7,129 nt of DNA from a virus (Duplodnaviria; Heunggongvirae; Uroviricota; Caudoviricetes), in the IMG/VR virus record IMGVR_UViG_2693429700_000008; one strand, written 5' to 3'. Position numbers and translations under genes: made by a program. This document shows positions 5,761 to 7,129 of the stretch, one piece after another. How positions within the stretch are numbered: the first letter of the stretch is position 1; every line of letters starts with the position of its first letter. The notes under the pieces are model-generated. The model saw only the letters and a list, made by a program, of their open reading frames with translations. It was not told where the DNA came from and did no database searches.

Positions 5761-6410
5761 GCCACCATCTCCCTGACCAGTTTTTCCGCCTGCTGGCGAA
5801 CCTGCGCCAGAAATGCCTCACCACATGCCTCAAGTTCATCGCGCCCGATGTAGCTGATTGCCGGTCCCTTCCAGGTCTTGTCGAAAACAGCAATAGCACC
5901 AGCGAAGAAAGCACCTGTTGGCACCTGCTTTTCGTCTTTCGGGATAAACCAGGCAGGCAGTTCAAAACCAATACGCCCGCGAATAAAAGCAATATGATCT
6001 GCACCTTCCGGCCACCACACTTCGCCGGTGGCAGCTTTGATCAGGAAAACATAGCGCCCGCCTTTATCACGCATGGCACTGGCATGCTTCATGATGTAAC
6101 GCATGCCGGTGATGTATTGCCCCTCATGCTGACTGGCGCGGCTGTACGGGGGATTGCCAAAGGCAGCACCTTTAAGCTCCGCAAGACGTTCTGACCAGTC
6201 ATGCGCCAGCGCGTTGTCTTCCGCCGTGTAATACGCGGCACATTTGGCGTTATCACCGTCAGTGAACAGATCCAGAACAAACGGACCAAACAAGGTGTTA
6301 ATTCCCCAGAAAATGTTGTCCGGCGTGCGCCACTGATCGCCCACTTCCTTCAGTTCATGGGCTGGTTTGTTCCGCAGTTCTACCAGCGCCTGGCAATATT
6401 TATTACTCAT
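5757..6410 (-). CDS. Phage Dam-family DNA N6-adenine methyltransferase (orphan)
   Basis: 217-aa ORF with WRTPDNIF, FVLDLFTDGDNAKCAAYYT and FGNPPYS (N/DPPY catalytic motif IV). No adjacent restriction-enzyme gene. Confidence 0.9.
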   Translation of the reverse strand: MSNKYCQALVELRNKPAHELKEVGDQWRTPDNIFWGINTLFGPFVLDLFTDGDNAKCAAYYTAEDNALAHDWSERLAELKGAAFGNPPYSRASQHEGQYITGMRYIMKHASAMRDKGGRYVFLIKAATGEVWWPEGADHIAFIRGRIGFELPAWFIPKDEKQVPTGAFFAGAIAVFDKTWKGPAISYIGRDELEACGEAFLAQVRQQAEKLVREMVA

Positions 6411-6502
6411 TAAGCCCCCACGTAAAAAGCATCCGCAATGTCTCCGGAAGTACAGCCCGGATGGGCTTCAATGAATTTCTGAACGTCATTTAACAGACTC
6501 AT
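6410..6502 (-). CDS. Hypothetical 30-aa ORF translationally coupled to the methyltransferase
   Basis: ATG at 6502 preceded by GGGGG + 5 nt (TGATC); translation MSLLNDVQKFIEAHPGCTSGDIADAFYVGA; its TAA (6412-6410) overlaps the methyltransferase ATG (TAATG). It starts 2 nt after the DnaT-like stop. Too short for the ORF track. Confidence 0.35.
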   Translation of the reverse strand: MSLLNDVQKFIEAHPGCTSGDIADAFYVGA

Positions 6503-6504
6503 GA

Positions 6505-7129
6505 TCACCCCCTGAATCCTGCCGGGATCTGGCTGTAGTCCACGTTGTCGTAACTGGCTTTGAAGTACGGGTCTTCACGTTTTTCTGTGTGCGTGCTGAC
6601 GGACGGCGATAAGCGCAGGGAAAGCTCATCCCATTTTTCCCGCAACTTCGACGGGCTGAGCACGTTACGGCACCAGAACGGATCGCGGCTGACGCGGCTG
6701 TACATCTCGCAGATTTGTTTGTGAGTACGACCATCCTGCACACACATCAGGCGAATTTCGTTTGCCCATGCTGTCCAGTTCGGTTCTTTGGGACGAACCA
6801 CCTCGCCGTCACATTCGGCGGCCTGCTCGTACAGGGCGATGATTTTTTTCCAGAGCCACTGTGCGCAGGTCAAATCATCCTGCGTTCCCCACTGGCGCTT
6901 TTTAGGGCTGAATACAACCGCATCAGGATGGCGAGTTAAAAACTCCTGTTCAGCCGTTTGCGTGTCCGGTTGCGAAGCGTCCGGACGAGAAGAGGTTTTA
7001 TTCTCTGAACCGCCCCGGGTTTCCTGGAGAGTGTTTTATCTGTGAACTCAGGCTGCCAGATCATCGTTTCCGATGGAAGCATAATAAGCTTTTTCTGCTT
7101 CTGCCGGAGGAGTATGGCCCAGCCTTCCC
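6505..7129 (-). CDS. Replication-module protein with DnaT-like C-terminal domain; 5' partial, with an apparent 1-nt frame break near 7034-7038
   Basis: The frame ending in TGA at 6507-6505 is open back to TAA at 7038-7036 and ends ...DYSQIPAGFRG, matching the C-terminus of E. coli DnaT (...SQIPPGFRG as I recall it). It has no ATG near its 5' end (only TTG at 6873). A second frame is open from the window end (7129) down to 6939, and the two join if one T is added to the T4 run at 7034-7037. Confidence 0.55.

Noticed and set aside
5694-6194. Plus-strand 166-aa ORF (also 4195-4452, 4596-4808, 5081-5335, 6201-6413, 3441-3832 plus-strand ORFs)
   Set aside because: All lie antisense within well-supported minus-strand genes (methyltransferase, RusA, KilA-N, DUF968, Q); compositions are Arg/Cys/His-rich, typical of shadow frames.
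948-6540. Identical 11-mer GGCTGTAGTCC at 948-958 and 6530-6540
   Set aside because: Several chance 11-mer matches are expected within 7 kb; the second copy lies inside coding sequence with no flanking similarity.
6486-6743. 85-aa minus-strand ORF overlapping the end of the DnaT-like gene
   Set aside because: Alternative frame of the DnaT-like gene with Arg/Ser/Thr-rich translation; no independent support.
7020-7045. Programmed ribosomal frameshift at the DnaT-like frame break
   Set aside because: The context (GAT AAA ACA) is not a canonical X-XXY-YYZ slippery heptamer and no downstream stimulatory structure is obvious; an indel or sequencing error is more parsimonious.
1-7129. CRISPR arrays, IS elements, integrase or attachment sites, lysis genes
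   Set aside because: No regularly spaced direct repeats, no terminal inverted repeats around a transposase-like ORF, and no holin/endolysin-like ORFs were found; the lysis cassette is expected beyond the window start.

Overview
This window reads as a slice of a lambdoid prophage from an enterobacterial host, with every credible gene on the minus strand (the window is inverted relative to the usual phage map). From high to low coordinate: the end of the replication module (a DnaT-like C-terminal-domain gene with an apparent 1-nt frame break), a 30-codon ORF coupled to a phage Dam-family N6-adenine methyltransferase, RusA resolvase, a KilA-N antirepressor-like protein, a DUF968/YdfU-like Cys/His protein, and antiterminator Q. 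Downstream of Q lie a lambda-type late promoter (pR') and tR'-like terminator, then an AT-rich moron cassette encoding a lipoprotein with its own sigma70-like promoter and terminator, bracketed by a ~30-bp direct repeat. Next come a decayed TerB-like gene with a coupled 43-codon hydrophobic ORF, a hairpin/terminator cluster, and the first 301 codons of a NanS-p-type sialate O-acetylesterase that runs off the window start. No tRNA, rRNA, CRISPR array, IS element, lysis gene or toxin gene was recognised. All family assignments are from reading translations by eye, with no database search. The most interesting part is the Q-proximal cargo slot (about 1350-2700), where Stx phages carry stx; I see no intact, recognisably novel multi-gene system, only this cargo slot with one uncharacterised lipoprotein and a degraded TerB-like module.
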